Source: Podarcis cretensis
Lineage: Eukaryota
Assembly (NCBI GenBank): GCA_951804945.1
Contig: OX638151.1
Location: forward strand, 92,070,001-92,134,000
Reading direction: 5' to 3'
DNA length: 64,000 nt
Made by a program: the position numbers and the translations under genes. Numbering within the stretch: position 1 is the first letter of the stretch; the number at the start of each line of letters is the position of its first letter. Shown here one piece after another: positions 50,711-64,000 of this stretch. The notes beneath the pieces were generated by a model that made no database searches, was not told the origin of the DNA, and worked only from the letters and a program-made list of their open reading frames with translations.

Positions 50711-51904
50711 GTACGTAACTGAGAATTCTGAGATTCACTGTTTTAGATATATCTGGATCCTTTTTATGGCAACATTTGCAAAGAGCATTTTCGTACATCA
50801 CCAAATCATGATTTCAAAGGATGCAAGCCCAAAGATAAATTTGTATTACAAAACTTAATTGCTAACATACAGATATTGCTGTTTCCTCCCTTTTTTACGT
50901 TTCCCAGTAATGGATGGTTCAGAACATCTCATTGGTAAAAACAACAACGTATTCTTGGCAAAGCATCACATACCTGTCGTGGCTTAATAAATGAATTGCA
51001 GGTACAGAAAGGGTTCAGCAAACACTCACTCTTAGGTACTTCCTGCTCATTTACGTCTTCCATGCTAGAGAGTACTTCCTCTTTGATCATCAAAAAATTC
51101 AGGAACTTGGCAAGCAGTTGCCATTGTCCTAAAAGAGTGGAGGGGAGAAAAAGTGGCACCTGTTTCTGTAATAGAAGTTTGACTTTTTCAAATTGATGGA
51201 CATTTATTTAAAACAATGAATAATAAATCTTTTTCCATGTTCGACTTGTAACACAGAAGTGAGAGTGTATTCAAACATAGTTCTCACTTCACTAAATCAC
51301 ATCATACACAGTAAGTTTCCCTTTCCTGCACTATGAAGACCATTACAGTGATATAATTTCATTTCTCTTACCCCAAATCTGAATGTTACACATAGGATCA
51401 ATCCACTTAATGATTCCTGCAACAAACATCCATTTTCGTTATTTTCATATGGCAAATTCTCTTTATTTGCCCATTGGCTTAAATACCATTTTCTTCAAAC
51501 TCCCTAAAAATGTTTCTCTTGATTTGGCAGCCATCCCTGGGATGCAATGTCCATTCTCACAGGGTTCGGCATATAGGAAGATTTGGATAGCTTGGCATAA
51601 CTTTATGAAGAAATTAGCAGAATGTCACATAACACGCCTGAACCCATATACTTTGAGCCTTGATGCACTCCCCATGCTTTGGCCACTTAGCCATCCTTAG
51701 AAGTCCTAAATAGGAGGAGCTATCCATGGGGACAGGCAATTGCACCTCTCTCTTGACTGAACCATAATCCTCAAACTCAGAGCTTTCATTTTTTTAAATA
51801 GCAGGTTTCTATAATGAATAGGATAATAGGAGGAGCACAACAGGAGATGAAATATGCGGACAGTATTCTACTACATGGGGAGAAATTAGGCTGCTCCCCC
51901 ACCT

Positions 51905-52148
51905 TCATTGCTGGCTGCCAACCAAGATGGCTTTAAAATAGGATTAGAAAAAAATGCATGGAGAAGAGGCCTATCGATTGCTACTAACTATGAACAATAT
52001 GCCTGCACAATTGGAGTCATCAGTGCTTCTGAATACCAGTTGCTGAAAAGCACAGGATATTGGGAGTGTTCTCATGCTCAGGTCCTGCTTGTGCATTTCC
52101 CAAAAGCATTTGGTTGGCCACTGTGAAAACAGGATGCTGGACTAGATG
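51905..52148 (+). mobile_element. CR1 3' end fragment
   Basis: gatggctttaaaataggattaga...gcttctgaataccagttgctg...ggttggccactgtgaaaacaggatgctggactagatg. Confidence 0.72.
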
Positions 52149-52592
52149 CCCACCCCCCAAAAAAATAATTCTTGTGAATGCCCATGCCTCCTAGTTAAGT
52201 TAATGGGATGCTATCATGTCTGGATTCCCTTTGTATGAACCATTACAGTAATGTTGTAAGAAATACTTTCCTATTAGGAGAGTATAAACAGTTATGATAG
52301 TAAAGAAAAATATGATAGTAAAGAAAAATGGTCATAGTTTCTTTTATAAACAGAGCACACTAAAATATGTAATGATTTTTTGGTAGTAAAGATAATGCTG
52401 TTAGGTCAGGAATAATTGTAAACTATTAATGATAGTCCCATTCCCTTAGGCAGACTCTGAATCCTGTATGTGCTATTCTTAAATACTGTCCGCAAAGTTT
52501 TTTACTGATATTATTATGTTGCTACTTTAGTACAACTGAGTGAAATTAGCATTTTTAAAATACGGCGAGGCATGACATGTTTGTAACTGCAG

Positions 52593-52790
52593 GTGCTGCA
52601 AAATGATGTCTTGGCTCACCAGTCCACTGTGGAAACAGTTAAGAAAGCAGGAAATGACCTTATTCAGTCAAGTGCTGTTGAAGAAGCGAGCAATCTGCAA
52701 AGCAAGCTGGAACTTCTGAATCAGCGATGGCAAAATGTCTTGGAAAAAACAGAAAAGAGGAAGCTGCAGCTGGACAGTGCTTTGATCCAG
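52593..52790 (+). CDS. DST: DST exon ([10 protein letters not shown]...DSALIQ), phase 0-0
   Basis: actgcag|GTG ... ATCCAG|gtgtgt. Confidence 0.93.
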
Positions 52791-53232
52791 GTGTGTATGA
52801 GAAACTGAACAACAGGGAAATAAACTTGCATTGAGTTAATATATTTGAGTACATTTCAGCCAAGGTTAGGTTCTTTTACAGTCCTACTGATTTCCACAGG
52901 AGAATTGGGAACCCAGTTAGTTAGCTCTCTGTCACTGAAATTGTAGGACTCAGAAATGGCTGGATTGTGCCCTTGGAGAACTAGCAATAATTTGAAGTAT
53001 CAAGCTATAGATCATAACTATCAATGAGCCTGAGTTTGTGTGCTTAAGTACCCATTTGTACAGCAGTTTTTCTCTGTCTTTGCCTAACTGTACTGTAATT
53101 AATATTTGCAGTCGTATTTACTGTATGGATGATTTTAGAAAATGCATTTCCAATTGGAATTATTTGAAATATCAAATAAAATTAGCAAACACCCACATCT
53201 ATATATCTCCATTAAAAGTTTCATACAATTGA

Positions 53233-53364
53233 NNNNNNNNNNNNNNNNNNNNNNNNNNNNNNNNNNNNNNNNNNNNNNNNNNNNNNNNNNNNNNNNNNNN
53301 NNNNNNNNNNNNNNNNNNNNNNNNNNNNNNNNNNNNNNNNNNNNNNNNNNNNNNNNNNNNNNNN
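53233..53364. other. Assembly gap (132 N)
   Basis: Run of n; flanking exons 52593-52790 and 53549-53677 join in frame and colinear with DST as recalled, so no constitutive exon appears to be missing. Confidence 0.98.
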
Positions 53365-53548
53365 CATTATACGGACAACAATTTGCAGTTTTTACTCCAG
53401 AGGATATCTCTGGTTTAGTAGCATTTCTTTTTAGAGGTTTTTTTTTCTTGTCTGATTTCATAGGCTCAACATTTACAACCCCGTAGCTGATGTAGCATGT
53501 TAGGTTATTGAAATATGTTCTGAAATGCTGTGGTGATGTATCGCTTAG

Positions 53549-53677
53549 GCCCAAGGTTTCCATGGTGAAGTTGAAGATCTGCAACAATGGCTGACAGAAA
53601 CGGAGCGTCAGCTTTTGGCATCGAAACCAGTTGGTGGTTTACCAGAGACTGCAAGAGAACAGCTTAATATCCATATG
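53549..53677 (+). CDS. DST: DST exon ([10 protein letters not shown]...QLNIHM), phase 0-0
   Basis: tcgcttag|GCC ... CATATG|gtaagg; translated by hand. Confidence 0.91.
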
Positions 53678-53844
53678 GTAAGGATCTCAATATTGCAGAT
53701 GGTCCCAATTTGGAAGCTAAACTTTTGTGGCCGTTTGTAGTGAAACATTTGCAAAGTGAAATGCCTGTAAGGTTTAATGAGAACACACTCTTATTTTTTG
53801 GGTAATTTACTAAGTAGCAAAACTGATTGAGCAATACATGTGTA

Positions 53845-54011
53845 TGTCTGAGCAGTTCTCAGCATTATTTTACGGGGAAGAAAAAGACTTTAAGGGTATC
53901 GTTGATGACTCTGTTACTCAGCTATAAAGTTTAGCTGAGTACTAGAGTCATCAAGAATACCCTTAAAGTCTTTTTCTTCCCCGTAAAATAATGCTGAGAA
54001 CTGCTCAGACA
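53845..54011. repeat. 167-bp inverted repeat (80-bp arms, 7-nt loop)
   Basis: tgtctgagcagttctcagcattattttacggggaag... and its reverse complement ...cttccccgtaaaataatgctgagaactgctcagaca; 4 mismatched positions. Confidence 0.93.
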
Positions 54012-55081
54012 GTTGAGTTTTTCTTTTTTCCTTTTCTGTATATCCTCATCTTTAAACCAGATTGTTTTTGAATTTACTTGCAGTCTCAAATTTGAGAGCT
54101 TATTCTATTGTTCCTTAGCTTTTGTTAGAACATTTTTTAAAAAGCTAGCCAATGATTGCAGAACATTCTCCATTTATTATTTCCTGCCTCATCAATACAA
54201 CTTATGTTACCAGTACACAGAGGCAAAGACTACTCTAAGTTACAAGACAGCACAATGGTGTTCTTCTTTTCAGTGTCTGAATGAAGTAGTTCAGAGCCAA
54301 AACCTCATTAACAGTTGCCTGCCCTCTTGTACTTAGAATATAAGAATAAGTTCTTAACTGCAACTAGGTTCAGATTTAGGTTGTCATTCAGCGGTGCTGC
54401 AAGCATGTGCAGCATTGCAACCAAGGTCTGGAATGTAAAGAAATGGCACTCACATGTGGGAGAGAGCTTTTCTACTTCCTTCTTAAATGAAACAGCTTTT
54501 AAATAGAACAGCCAGCCCCAGGCAAACAAGGCACACAAACTGCCTTTCTTTGCACCCCAGCCTTGGTGTATATTTCTTAGAAAAGCTAACTTAGATGATA
54601 AGTACATATTTGACGGAGATGCAAAGCGCAGCTGGTGGGTTTTTCTGTATGCAGCTTCACAATCTTCTGTGGTTATGCCTTTGTTTTCGATCAGCTTTGA
54701 TCACCATGGCCTGGTAAGATGGTTCATTTCACGCAGAAATTTAAGGGCACAGGCCAAAGCTTATGACTGTCACACACACAAGTAGTAAATCAGATTTTAC
54801 TGGGCTATTTCTTGTGTTCTGAACAGCCCTTGTTTTAGCCTCTCTTTTGAACCTGGAGAGGGAAGGGAGAAGTGGCATATCCATGCCCCTGGAAATAAGT
54901 TGTGGGCTGCAGACTGCCCAGGTCTGGAAATGCACAGTGGCACCTCCTTTGTTCAACTCACATTAACTCCCCAAAATATAGCTAGCATGTTTAAAGTAAT
55001 ATGTGAAACTTTTAAGGGGGTATCATTTTCGAATAAATGTTTATGCATTAACGATTTGCAATACTTTCCCTCTTTGTTTAG

Positions 55082-55252
55082 GAACTCTGTGCTGCCTTTG
55101 AAGCTAAAGAAGAAACATACAAGTGTCTGATGCAAAAGGGCCTACAGATGCTTGCAAGATGCCTAGAGACTATTGAAACAAATGTTGAACAGGACATAAA
55201 TAATCTTAAAGAGAAATGGGAATCGGTGGAAACAAAGCTGAGTGAAAGAAAA
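55082..55252 (+). CDS. DST: DST exon ([10 protein letters not shown]...KLSERK), phase 0-0
   Basis: ttgtttag|GAA ... AGAAAA|gtatgt. Confidence 0.92.
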
Positions 55253-57079
55253 GTATGTTGCATATCGAACATGGGGAAATTCTCTGAAATGTGTCTTAAT
55301 ATTAGAATATTGCAAATACAGAATTTTCCTTTTAGCAGGCGCTAGGGATCCATGCAATTAAACCTGTAAATGATGTCACACACCATGATTCATCTGGAAA
55401 AGCTGATCAATAAATTACATGGCAGCAGACCAATGTTTGTAAATGAAAACACCCCCTATTGTAGTCTATAGGTCGCAGACCTAAGGAATGAATAAATCCT
55501 TTCTACCCACCCAGTACATCATCCTGTCAGCTTGGAACTGATGCTTTAATTTTATTGCTGGCATTTGAACATAGCAGTTCTTAAAAGTTTTAAGTGATGA
55601 GGCCTCTCTCATGCCCTCTGGGAGGCGACCTCATATTCCTGGATAAGCATCTTACTCATAGCTATGGTTTTCCATGGGGGTGGACATTCTTTTGTAAAAT
55701 AAAATAAAATAAAATAATACTCCAAACATAGATAAACAGTTTACTCTGAGCCAGACTATAAATTACATCTTGAAACAGCTGAAATACAAATGTGTTCATA
55801 AGAAACAGAAATGATTAAACAAACAAATGAAGCCATTCTTGGAAAAAGGAGTATTTGCATTCTCATATAATGTAAATTTAAAGGATTGTTTCAATTGTAT
55901 TAGATGGCCTGGGCCAGCAAAACCTTTGGGTAGTCAGTACGGTTACATATGATATTGTGGACAAACCATGTTGACACCCAACACATTATATTCTTCAGCT
56001 GTATGAGAAAGGGGCTCAGTTCACATTATATCACTAAACCATTGTTTAGCATTGGGGGATAAGTCACAGCTAGCCTCAGACTAGCCTCTAGACACATCAA
56101 AGAAGTGTTTCAGTTAAATGTGTTGTAAATTTAAACAGGGGAAACAGGTAGAGAAAAACGGGACTCCACAGCACCATCTGGTAGACACTGTTATATCACA
56201 TATACAATCTAGCTGAGTCCTTGTTCACTCCCCTCTCCTCCAGTGCAGCCCCAAGGGGAAGATCGAAAGCTTCCACTTCTGTTTTGGATAAACCACTGTT
56301 TAGCACTGCATCTGAACCATAGACTGCATAAACAAGACAGCTGCATAAACAAAACTATGGCTTTTGTTTTCTTCATTTCAGCAAGCCATAGTTAAGATTA
56401 AACACATGGGTTTCGATGCTATGAAAGGCTATAGTTAATAAATAAAAATGAAACCTATTGAATTTCTCCTTCTGATTGTGCCATAGTGGGGAGGACAGGA
56501 GCTTAAGACTTACTCTCATAACATCTGAAACAGCAGTAGTCTATATGGTGGAAGAGAGGGGGGTAGCTTCTGTTCTGCACAAAGACTTGCCAGCCCCAAA
56601 GTTGTCTGAACTAGACCTGCATTCGGCAAAAAAGGATAGTCTCCACAGTGCAAATTCCCAACTTTATCTTCCTAATCCTTCATGCAATGCAACCGCATAT
56701 TATCCCCTTTTCATGCAAGCAGAATCAAAGCTGAAATGATGTTCCTGGATTACTGTCTTGAATACTTGTAAGGCTCATCATTTAGCACTGTGGCAGAAAT
56801 CTGTATGTGGCATTGGATGCTCTTCTGCCTGCTCAGTCCTTGTAGGTTCTCTGTTTTGTCAGTTTCTGCTGAAATATTTTTAGAAATATCTTTCTTTGTA
56901 TGCCGTTTAAATATTCAGAACATACCAGTATTAAACTGGGGGGGGGGGGTAGGCAAGAGGACAAGAGTGGCCTTTTTCCAAATTACATTCAGACATGATT
57001 TGGTTTATTTCTCTATAAAGTTTATATGGTTTCTAGTATAAACTGTCCACTGCTGCTAATTTATGGTGTGTTCTTACAG

Positions 57080-57235
57080 ATCAAACTGGAAGAAGCTCTC
57101 AATTTGGCAATGGAGTTCCACAACTCACTGCAGGACTTCATCAACTGGCTTACTCAAGCTGAGCAAACCTTGACAGTAGCTTCTCGGCCAAGTCTTATCT
57201 TGGATACTGTCTTATTTCAAATTGATGAACACAAG
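57080..57235 (+). CDS. DST: DST exon ([10 protein letters not shown]...QIDEHK), phase 0-0
   Basis: tcttacag|ATC ... CACAAG|gtatgt. Confidence 0.93.
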
Positions 57236-57492
57236 GTATGTACAGAAACAACAACAGATGTGCAACTTTCTTCTTCCCGTTCCTTGGACCCACAGGCTGG
57301 CTGGCTTGTATTAATGTTTAAAACAAGCCAGCACCATTAAAATCCAAAGACGTTTTACAGTTTTTTAAAGTGACATTTTATAGTGTCTCTGACCAATAAA
57401 GCAGTGCATAACACCATCAGTTCTTAGGTATATATCTGTGTGCTAGAAGACTGAAGCTTTTCAAATACTATCTTTTTTCTTTCTTCCACAAG

Positions 57493-57699
57493 GTCTTTGC
57501 CAATGAAGTGAATGCCCACCGTGACCAGATTATTGAGCTGGACAAAACTGGAACACATTTGAAATACTTCAGCCAGAAACAGGACGTTGTCCTCATTAAA
57601 AATCTGCTGATCAGTGTCCAGAGTAGATGGGAAAAAGTAGTTCAGCGCTTAGTGGAAAGAGGAAGAGCTTTGGATGATGCAAGGAAGCGTGCCAAGCAG
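57493..57699 (+). CDS. DST: DST exon ([10 protein letters not shown]...RKRAKQ), phase 0-0
   Basis: ttccacaag|GTC ... AAGCAG|gtaatg. Confidence 0.93.
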
Positions 57700-59361
57700 G
57701 TAATGTGGCAAGTCTTCCATAACAATTTGAGCGTAATCTTGCTGTAACTAAACCCATGTTTAAATGAACAGTGTGATGACTTTAAGTCATCTGAAGGAAA
57801 CTGGAATATTAGATCAACAGGTTTGGCAAGTAGTGGGAACCAGAATGGCTGTTTCTTCAGGCCAGACACCAAAAGTGAAAGTAGAATCTTTACTTTCCAA
57901 CCAAGCAACAGAGTGGTATATGGATGTAGTGTTCCTGTTTTGCATGGGAAGTTCATCCTTATTTTATTTTTCACAATCATCTTCATTAATCCACCATTTT
58001 CTGAAACAAATTGCAACCTCTCTACATGGGTGCTTCTAGCCTTCTCAACATTTTTGTAGTGTCAACTTAGGCCGAGGCTCATTATCAAAGGGATATGACT
58101 GTGTAGGGATCATGTCATTTCAGGGTTTTATGTATGTGTAGAGGAGGTGGATGAAAATCAGAGCCCATATTTTGGTGGGACAGAGAGATGCCTACATGAG
58201 GCAGGCAACTCAAACTTTTGATTATGTGTGTTAGTTTTTCATGTGGGCTGCAGTTGTCATGTGTGCTATTTTTAAACAAAACAACATCCCATATAAAAAA
58301 TAAGGAAGTACTGTCTCTGCATGATTGCAATACCCTCAAAACAACACTTTATCATATGTGTGAATCATCCCAACAAGATAGTGTGTCTAAGGAAAGAGTG
58401 GCAAACCCATGGATCACATGGGACCCATGAGGCTATGTCAGGCAACTTACTTGCCCCCAGAAAATTTGGGACCTCTTCCTCCACTTAATAGCAAAGGTGC
58501 CTCTTCTCCTTCTGCTGTGATGCCAGAGGTAGGACACCGAACTCAAGAGACACAGAAGCACTTCCTTCTGTTTCCTGAGCTCCAGGTCCTGCTTTCAACG
58601 TTTCCTTGCCAAAAGGAGAAGAGGCACATTGACAGGGTAACTGGGGGCCTCTTGTTCTCATTCCAGCCCTGGGCTAGGAGGAAAGGATCCCCTCTTCCTA
58701 GTCCAGCACTGATGTTGGCAGAAAAACAGTATGCATGTTCTATTGACCTCTAGGTATGTTGTGTGTATGTATAGTGTATGTTTCTACATGTGGTGGGTGC
58801 ATGGGTGGCAGCATGTTATTTGCATTTGTGCTGAGCGTATGTGGCCCTTGAAGGGTTCAGCAACCCTCAGAGTGGCCCTTGGGCCAGAAAGGGCCACTCC
58901 TGGTCAAGTAGATATGTCACTGTGTCAATAGAGGTTGGGAGCCTTGGATTTTCCCAGCATGGGGCTTGAACCTTATACTCTGCTGACTGAGCAATTCCAG
59001 AGAAATTTCAAATAATTTGCATCACTCTAAAAGGGAAATTGTCCTTTGGTCCAACATTCATTTGTGTGAGTCCAGTCTGGATTGCCTGGCTTTTAATATT
59101 GTGAGCCTGATTCAACTAAGTTGTTGCACCAGTGGAAGCCAATGCAACTTGGCTTCCCGTCCTCGCCTACCCTGCACCCTCCCCATTTAAATTAGTAGAC
59201 ATGACTGACTTAGACTCATTAATTTCATTGCATACACTCTGAGTGAAACCTAACTGAATGCAACCCTTAATATTTTTTCAAAGCTAAATGTGCGTTGAAT
59301 GTTTTGAATGCATAATCTATGCCTATCAATGTATGTAATTGAAAATCTTGCTTTTCCACAG

Positions 59362-59481
59362 TTCCATGAAGCCTGGAACAAACTTACTGAATGGCTGGAT
59401 GATTCAGAAAAGACTCTGGATGCAGAGCTTGAAATTGCAAATGATCCAGACAAAATTAAGATGCAGCTTGCCCAGCATAAG
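59362..59481 (+). CDS. DST: DST exon ([10 protein letters not shown]...QLAQHK), phase 0-0
   Basis: ttccacag|TTC ... CATAAG|gtgagt. Confidence 0.93.
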
Positions 59482-60294
59482 GTGAGTCACTGGTAATGGA
59501 ATGTAGAGGCTGTCCAATCAGACGGCAGGAAAGCCAGTGAACCAAGCACTGTGTAATTAGCAGGAGGAGGGAGATTTATTGGTCACTAGGTTGGAATGTT
59601 TGCGACCATCAAATTCAAGCACTGGCAGTTTTCCAGCTTGTAAAATAAATAGAAGCTGGGAGGTTTCTCTGCAGGGTTCCATCTTCTGAAACTACATGTG
59701 GAAAGGAAAAGCACAATAGTAAAGAATCATAGGAACAAGATAAAGGGCACTATGCTATTTTTTCCTGTGTGCAATGTTATAGGACAATAGGATCTGCTAG
59801 AGTTTAACTACACTCAAGACGGGCTCAGAGATTGTGTGGATCACCATTTGTAACATTTTTTTTTTAAAAAAAACAACAACAACCCAGCTTATCTCAAAAA
59901 AAATAAGCAAAGTACAGTTTGATGGACAAATCCTTAATCGCTTTAGTGAAACAATTCCCCACCACCACTTGGAAATGCATTAGATGCAGTGGGGCTGTCA
60001 ACAACACAAATGAACGTTGCAGAAGGAAAAAAGAGAGTTTTTCTGTTAAAGGTCCACAGCTGTCAAGCGCCTTTCCATAAATCTGGTGATGTGCAGATGA
60101 AAAGTATTCTTTAAAACCTGGGCCTCTTCTGAATGGATATAGGGAAAGGGACACGCTGTGCACAGGGATTATATGCTCCGCAAAACTACTTGTATGCTGA
60201 AGTTCAAGAAGTACTGTTACTTTGGTCTGCCTAGCACTCTCAATATCTTGGTTGTCAATCGCATTTTAGCACCTTACTCTTAAAAAAGCACTGC

Positions 60295-60452
60295 TCCGTG
60301 CACTGCTCTGGTTCACCAGAAGCGGCTTAGTCACGCTGGCCACATGACCCAGAAGCTGTACGCCGCTCCCTCGGCCAGTAAAGCGAGATGAGCGCCGCAA
60401 CCCCAGAGTCATCCGCGACTAGACCTAATGGTCAGGGGTCCCTTTACCTTTA
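60295..60452 (+). mobile_element. 5'-truncated Sauria SINE
   Basis: Close reverse-complement match to about 10297-10455; ends ggggtccctttaccttta. Confidence 0.85.
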
Positions 60453-62599
60453 ATTCTTATTTATTGTTTTAGCTGTTTTTATTGATACTTTTAATATTCC
60501 TTGTTTTATTACAATCAAACAGTGTGTGAATAAAATTGACTGTTGAGGCCTTTGAATTAGCTTTCAGCACTTTCCCCTTCATTATACACAGTTTACTGAG
60601 TCCTAGTGCCAAAGACTCTATATGGATGTACAGGGTGTTAAAACTTGTCTTGACTAGATGAATGGGTAAGATCATTACTATAAATAAAAGATAATGCGCA
60701 AGTAGATTCATATCAACCAGCAGCTCTGCTTAATTATGACTTCCACTGCCTTTTCTGAACACCAGAAGCTGCCTTATACCAAACTGGATGTGATTTCACA
60801 CAGGATTATTCTATACCTGGAGGTGTAAGGAACTGAACCTTCTATATGCATAGGATGGGTCTTACCACTGATCTACAGACCTCACCCCTGATCAGATGAT
60901 AATCCCATCAGTATGTGCATTCTGGAAGGATTTTGAGTTTTAAAAGAGCTCAGAATGGCCACCAGTCTACTTCTGGGACTGGATTTTTACACTCAGCTGG
61001 CAACTAGTATGTTTAGAAATGGGTCTTTTGTGGGAAAACATTTTTAGAAATATTTTTTTTAAAAAAAGAAATTCAAATTTTCATGTTGTTTTTAAATTCA
61101 AAAATGCAGATTAATTCAGAAAAGGAGTGGAATGGATTTATGAATGCACATTTGGTAAACTGACACACACTGGAAACATACTAACTTGTCCACCTCTATT
61201 AACCTCTCATTCCCCCAATACATGGACAGTCATAAAATAGCCTCAAAAAATCCTAGCTACTCCTCTTAGCAAATATTTGTATGTTGCATGCCTTTGGTTG
61301 CTGTATGTTTTCAATCTTCCTTTTATAAAGTAAACCATTGAGCCATTGTTGAAGGTTTTAATGCTTTTAGTATCTAAGGCTAAAGACCGTAGACTAGGCT
61401 CTATTTGATATATGGAATAACTTGGCTTCGTTCTTTGGGAGTTTTCAAGAAATGAAGATTCTAAAAATGAGCTGTCTCATATTTGTTACATATTGCCAAA
61501 GATTTGAAGGAGTATTCTTTGGCTTTTTATCAGTCCCCAACCACCACCAAGCTCTTTGCATGTTATATTTAGAAGTCAGTGAAGAAAGAATGGGCCGTGT
61601 AGTTTGTCTTAATCCCTTTTTCAAGGATTTTTTTTTTAAAAAAAGAATATTGATATATTTTAAGGCACGGGTATCCTTCAAAAAATTGCTGGACTACACA
61701 CCCATCATCCCTGACCATTTGTCATGTTGGCTGGGGCTATTGGAGGTCCAAATCATATTTAGGTCACCACATCAGCTACCCCCTCCCCATTTTTAGGTTA
61801 ATATGCACCTCATTACAAGTCAACCTCCATTTACTTTACAGAAGTGACATTGGTAGGATAAATCTTTTTTATTCAATGACTGTAATTGCTTGTGAGTTTC
61901 ATTCTAGAGAATATTTGTAAATGATATAGCCACCAAAGAATTCACAAAATTGAGTCTTGCGTTTCTACTGACCAACATTTCTTTGGCGGATTCCTTATTT
62001 GTGCCTTCTTGCAAAAGCATGATAGATGTACATCTTGATAATCTTAGCACAGCCCTACTCCAGAGAAGATAGCAATACAGAAATAATGAAGCATTTTATT
62101 GTTTACATGGGGGGCACTCACTCTCTGTAGTATTTAGCATTTAATACTTCGTTAAGTAGTGTACTGAATGCAAGTTAACCTAAGGTTTGTCATGTTCCTT
62201 TTTTAATGGTAAAGAATGGAATAATATTTTCCAGTGTAGCTTCTTTATTCTAGTCCATAAGTCAGTAAATCTAAGGTATTGGGTTTCAGATGATTTAACA
62301 TGGACTTCTACATTGATTTGAATGCTAGTGATTTGGTGTAAATGCTTTGTAGAAGACAGTCCAAACTTGTGGACTATCACTTCAAGCTGAGCACCAATGC
62401 CTTGCTACCATTTCTCTTGCATAACTTATTTTAATTGCTCAATTAAAGTCATTTGATTGATAGTCTTATTGATCCCAGGGACACGAGGTATATTCTGGAA
62501 TAAATGCCAGCGGGTTCTGGAATCTAAATATCCCGGTGACATTTCATGATATTTCCTTGCTAAATGTAGTTTGTATGAAAATCTCATTCATTGTGTTTG

Positions 62600-62930
62600 G
62601 CCCTGTTCACACATCTGATAAATCATAGATAATGATTGACCATGAACATGCCTAGCTGGGCTGTTTATTTCCTCCCTACTAATACACAGAAGACTCAAAC
62701 CCTGATCCTTTGCTTTGGGATCATGCTTTATTTCACTGTCAACAAGCCATGACTGCTAAGCCAAAAGCGGAGCTTTGCTAGAAATTGTGGTTTGTTGGGA
62801 GAGAAACAAACCACGATCCCTGGTTCAGATGTAACGCTAAGCCAGGGATCGTAGCTGATTCATTTTCTCTGCACATGAGATGGGAAGAGTGAAGTGGGCA
62901 TAATTCAGCCATGCATTATAAGCCATGCTT
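62600..62930. mobile_element. Old MITE-like family (possibly PIF/Harbinger); related copies at about 1290-1925, 11750-11965, 39095-39230, 42440-42770, 56020-56540
   Basis: 62775-62850 reverse complement aligns with 1517-1590; recurring aaacca(c/t)ggttt and gttcagatgtaac motifs. Confidence 0.45.
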
Positions 62931-63039
62931 TATGGATTACCATGATGTTTGAGTGTAGTCTTCGTCTCCAAACGGCACAAAATACGTTGTGTAGGTTATG
63001 TGTGTTGTGTGCTTCATATTGAGTCTCTTTCTTGAACAG

Positions 63040-63209
63040 GAGTTCCAGAAGGCTCTTGGAGCTAAACATTCTGTGTATGACACCACAAATAGAAGTGGAC
63101 GTGCTTTGAAAGAAAAAACTTCCCTAGCTGATGACAATCTGAAACTGGATGATATGCTGAGTGAACTCAGAGACAAATGGGATACAGTATGTGGGAAATC
63201 TGTAGAAAG
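63040..63209 (+). CDS. DST: DST exon ([10 protein letters not shown]...GKSVER), phase 0-2
   Basis: ttgaacag|GAG ... GAAAG|gtaaga. Confidence 0.93.
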
Positions 63210-64000
63210 GTAAGACAAAAAAGCTTTGCATCTTACTTAAAAGAGGCTCTGTAAAGCAGTAGCTAGGTCACTGTCTCCTTATCATCCCATTTTCCTTTCC
63301 CCAGCTGGTCTTCAGTGAATGTCCCTGGTCAGAATAAAATTATGAGAGTCTCACTTTGAGCAGAGGATGTAGGTTCTTGGCTCCACTTCCCCATCCCTTA
63401 GAGTGTTTAAGACTGTGTACCCATTATTCGCTTAAGATTAAGCTGATTGGGGAGGGGAGAAGGCATCAGAAATGCAGCATTTAATAAGGAATGGCAGGCT
63501 AGATAAAGGATAGGTGTGGATTATCTCTAGCATCGTGTGTACACTGTTTCTCAAACCAGCATTGGAAATGCAGTGGATGCAGAGTAAATGGGAGCCAAAA
63601 TCTCAGAATAAGCCAGCTGCAGAATAGGTATTGGTTTGTTCTTCCAAGGGTGACTGGAGGCAGAGGAGACCCATTTCATATTCAGCGGAAGTCTCTGGGA
63701 TGGTTTAGAGCTCCATTTCAGAAGAGTCCTGTGAAATGGGAAGTGCATGGTCCAACTCCTACGCACTTTTCTTTATGCTGTATATTCCTTTAGTTCTAGG
63801 TTTGAGCTCAAATCTTGTCTCCTGAATATATGAACAATATATTCATTTGGCTCCTCCACTTGGTCTTGATAGAGAGGTGTATAAAGCCAGAACATTTTGT
63901 TTTGTTTATTGTTACCTCTGAAAACTCCCCCAGCCCAGTTGGAAGAGAGGAAGGGGTGGTGGTAAAACTGGAAGAGCATGTAGCCCCTAGAATAGCGACT

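Larger units (their letters stand above)
550..63209 (+). other. DST: Dystonin (BPAG1) gene, internal part: 31 coding exons of the spectrin-repeat rod, incomplete at both ends
   Basis: All exons have AG/GT boundaries and compatible phases, giving one continuous frame. Peptides such as [73 protein letters not shown] and [24 protein letters not shown] match human DST as recalled. Confidence 0.96.

Noticed and set aside
52293-52328. 18-bp tandem duplication tatgatagtaaagaaaaa x2
   Set aside because: Ordinary slippage duplication; no array or spacers, nothing CRISPR-like.
53135-53587. ORFs spanning the N run
   Set aside because: Artefacts of translating through the assembly gap.
550-63209. Assignment of the host gene to MACF1 because of the KIAA0754-like exon
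   Set aside because: The spectrin exons match DST nearly residue for residue as I recall it (e.g. [59 protein letters not shown]); a reciprocal BLAST would confirm.

Overview
Vertebrate (squamate, probably lacertid lizard, judging from the Sauria/Squam1-type SINE) genomic DNA lying entirely inside the dystonin (DST/BPAG1) gene on the + strand. I traced 31 consecutive GT-AG coding exons (550..63209, 6976 nt, about 2325 aa of the spectrin-repeat rod) that join in frame and match human DST as I recall it. The gene begins before and ends after this window. The most interesting element sits in the 16-kb intron (6345..22366): a 429-codon exon (ATG 17015, donor after 18301) whose N-terminus (MGKPLSRPDCLRQNP...) closely resembles KIAA0754, the internal exon of the paralogue MACF1. 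It has a strong Kozak context, an in-frame upstream stop, a CpG-enriched upstream region, an N-myristoylation/palmitoylation signal and a DSGxxS degron. Its phase-0 donor fits the next DST exon, which predicts a short, membrane-anchored DST isoform lacking the actin-binding and plakin domains. The introns also carry Sauria SINEs, CR1 and L2 fragments, a solo LTR with TSD, a collapsed Penelope-type palindrome, an unexplained 167-bp hairpin, MITE-like elements, microsatellites and a 132-N assembly gap. Family assignments come from memory of the sequences, not from a database search.
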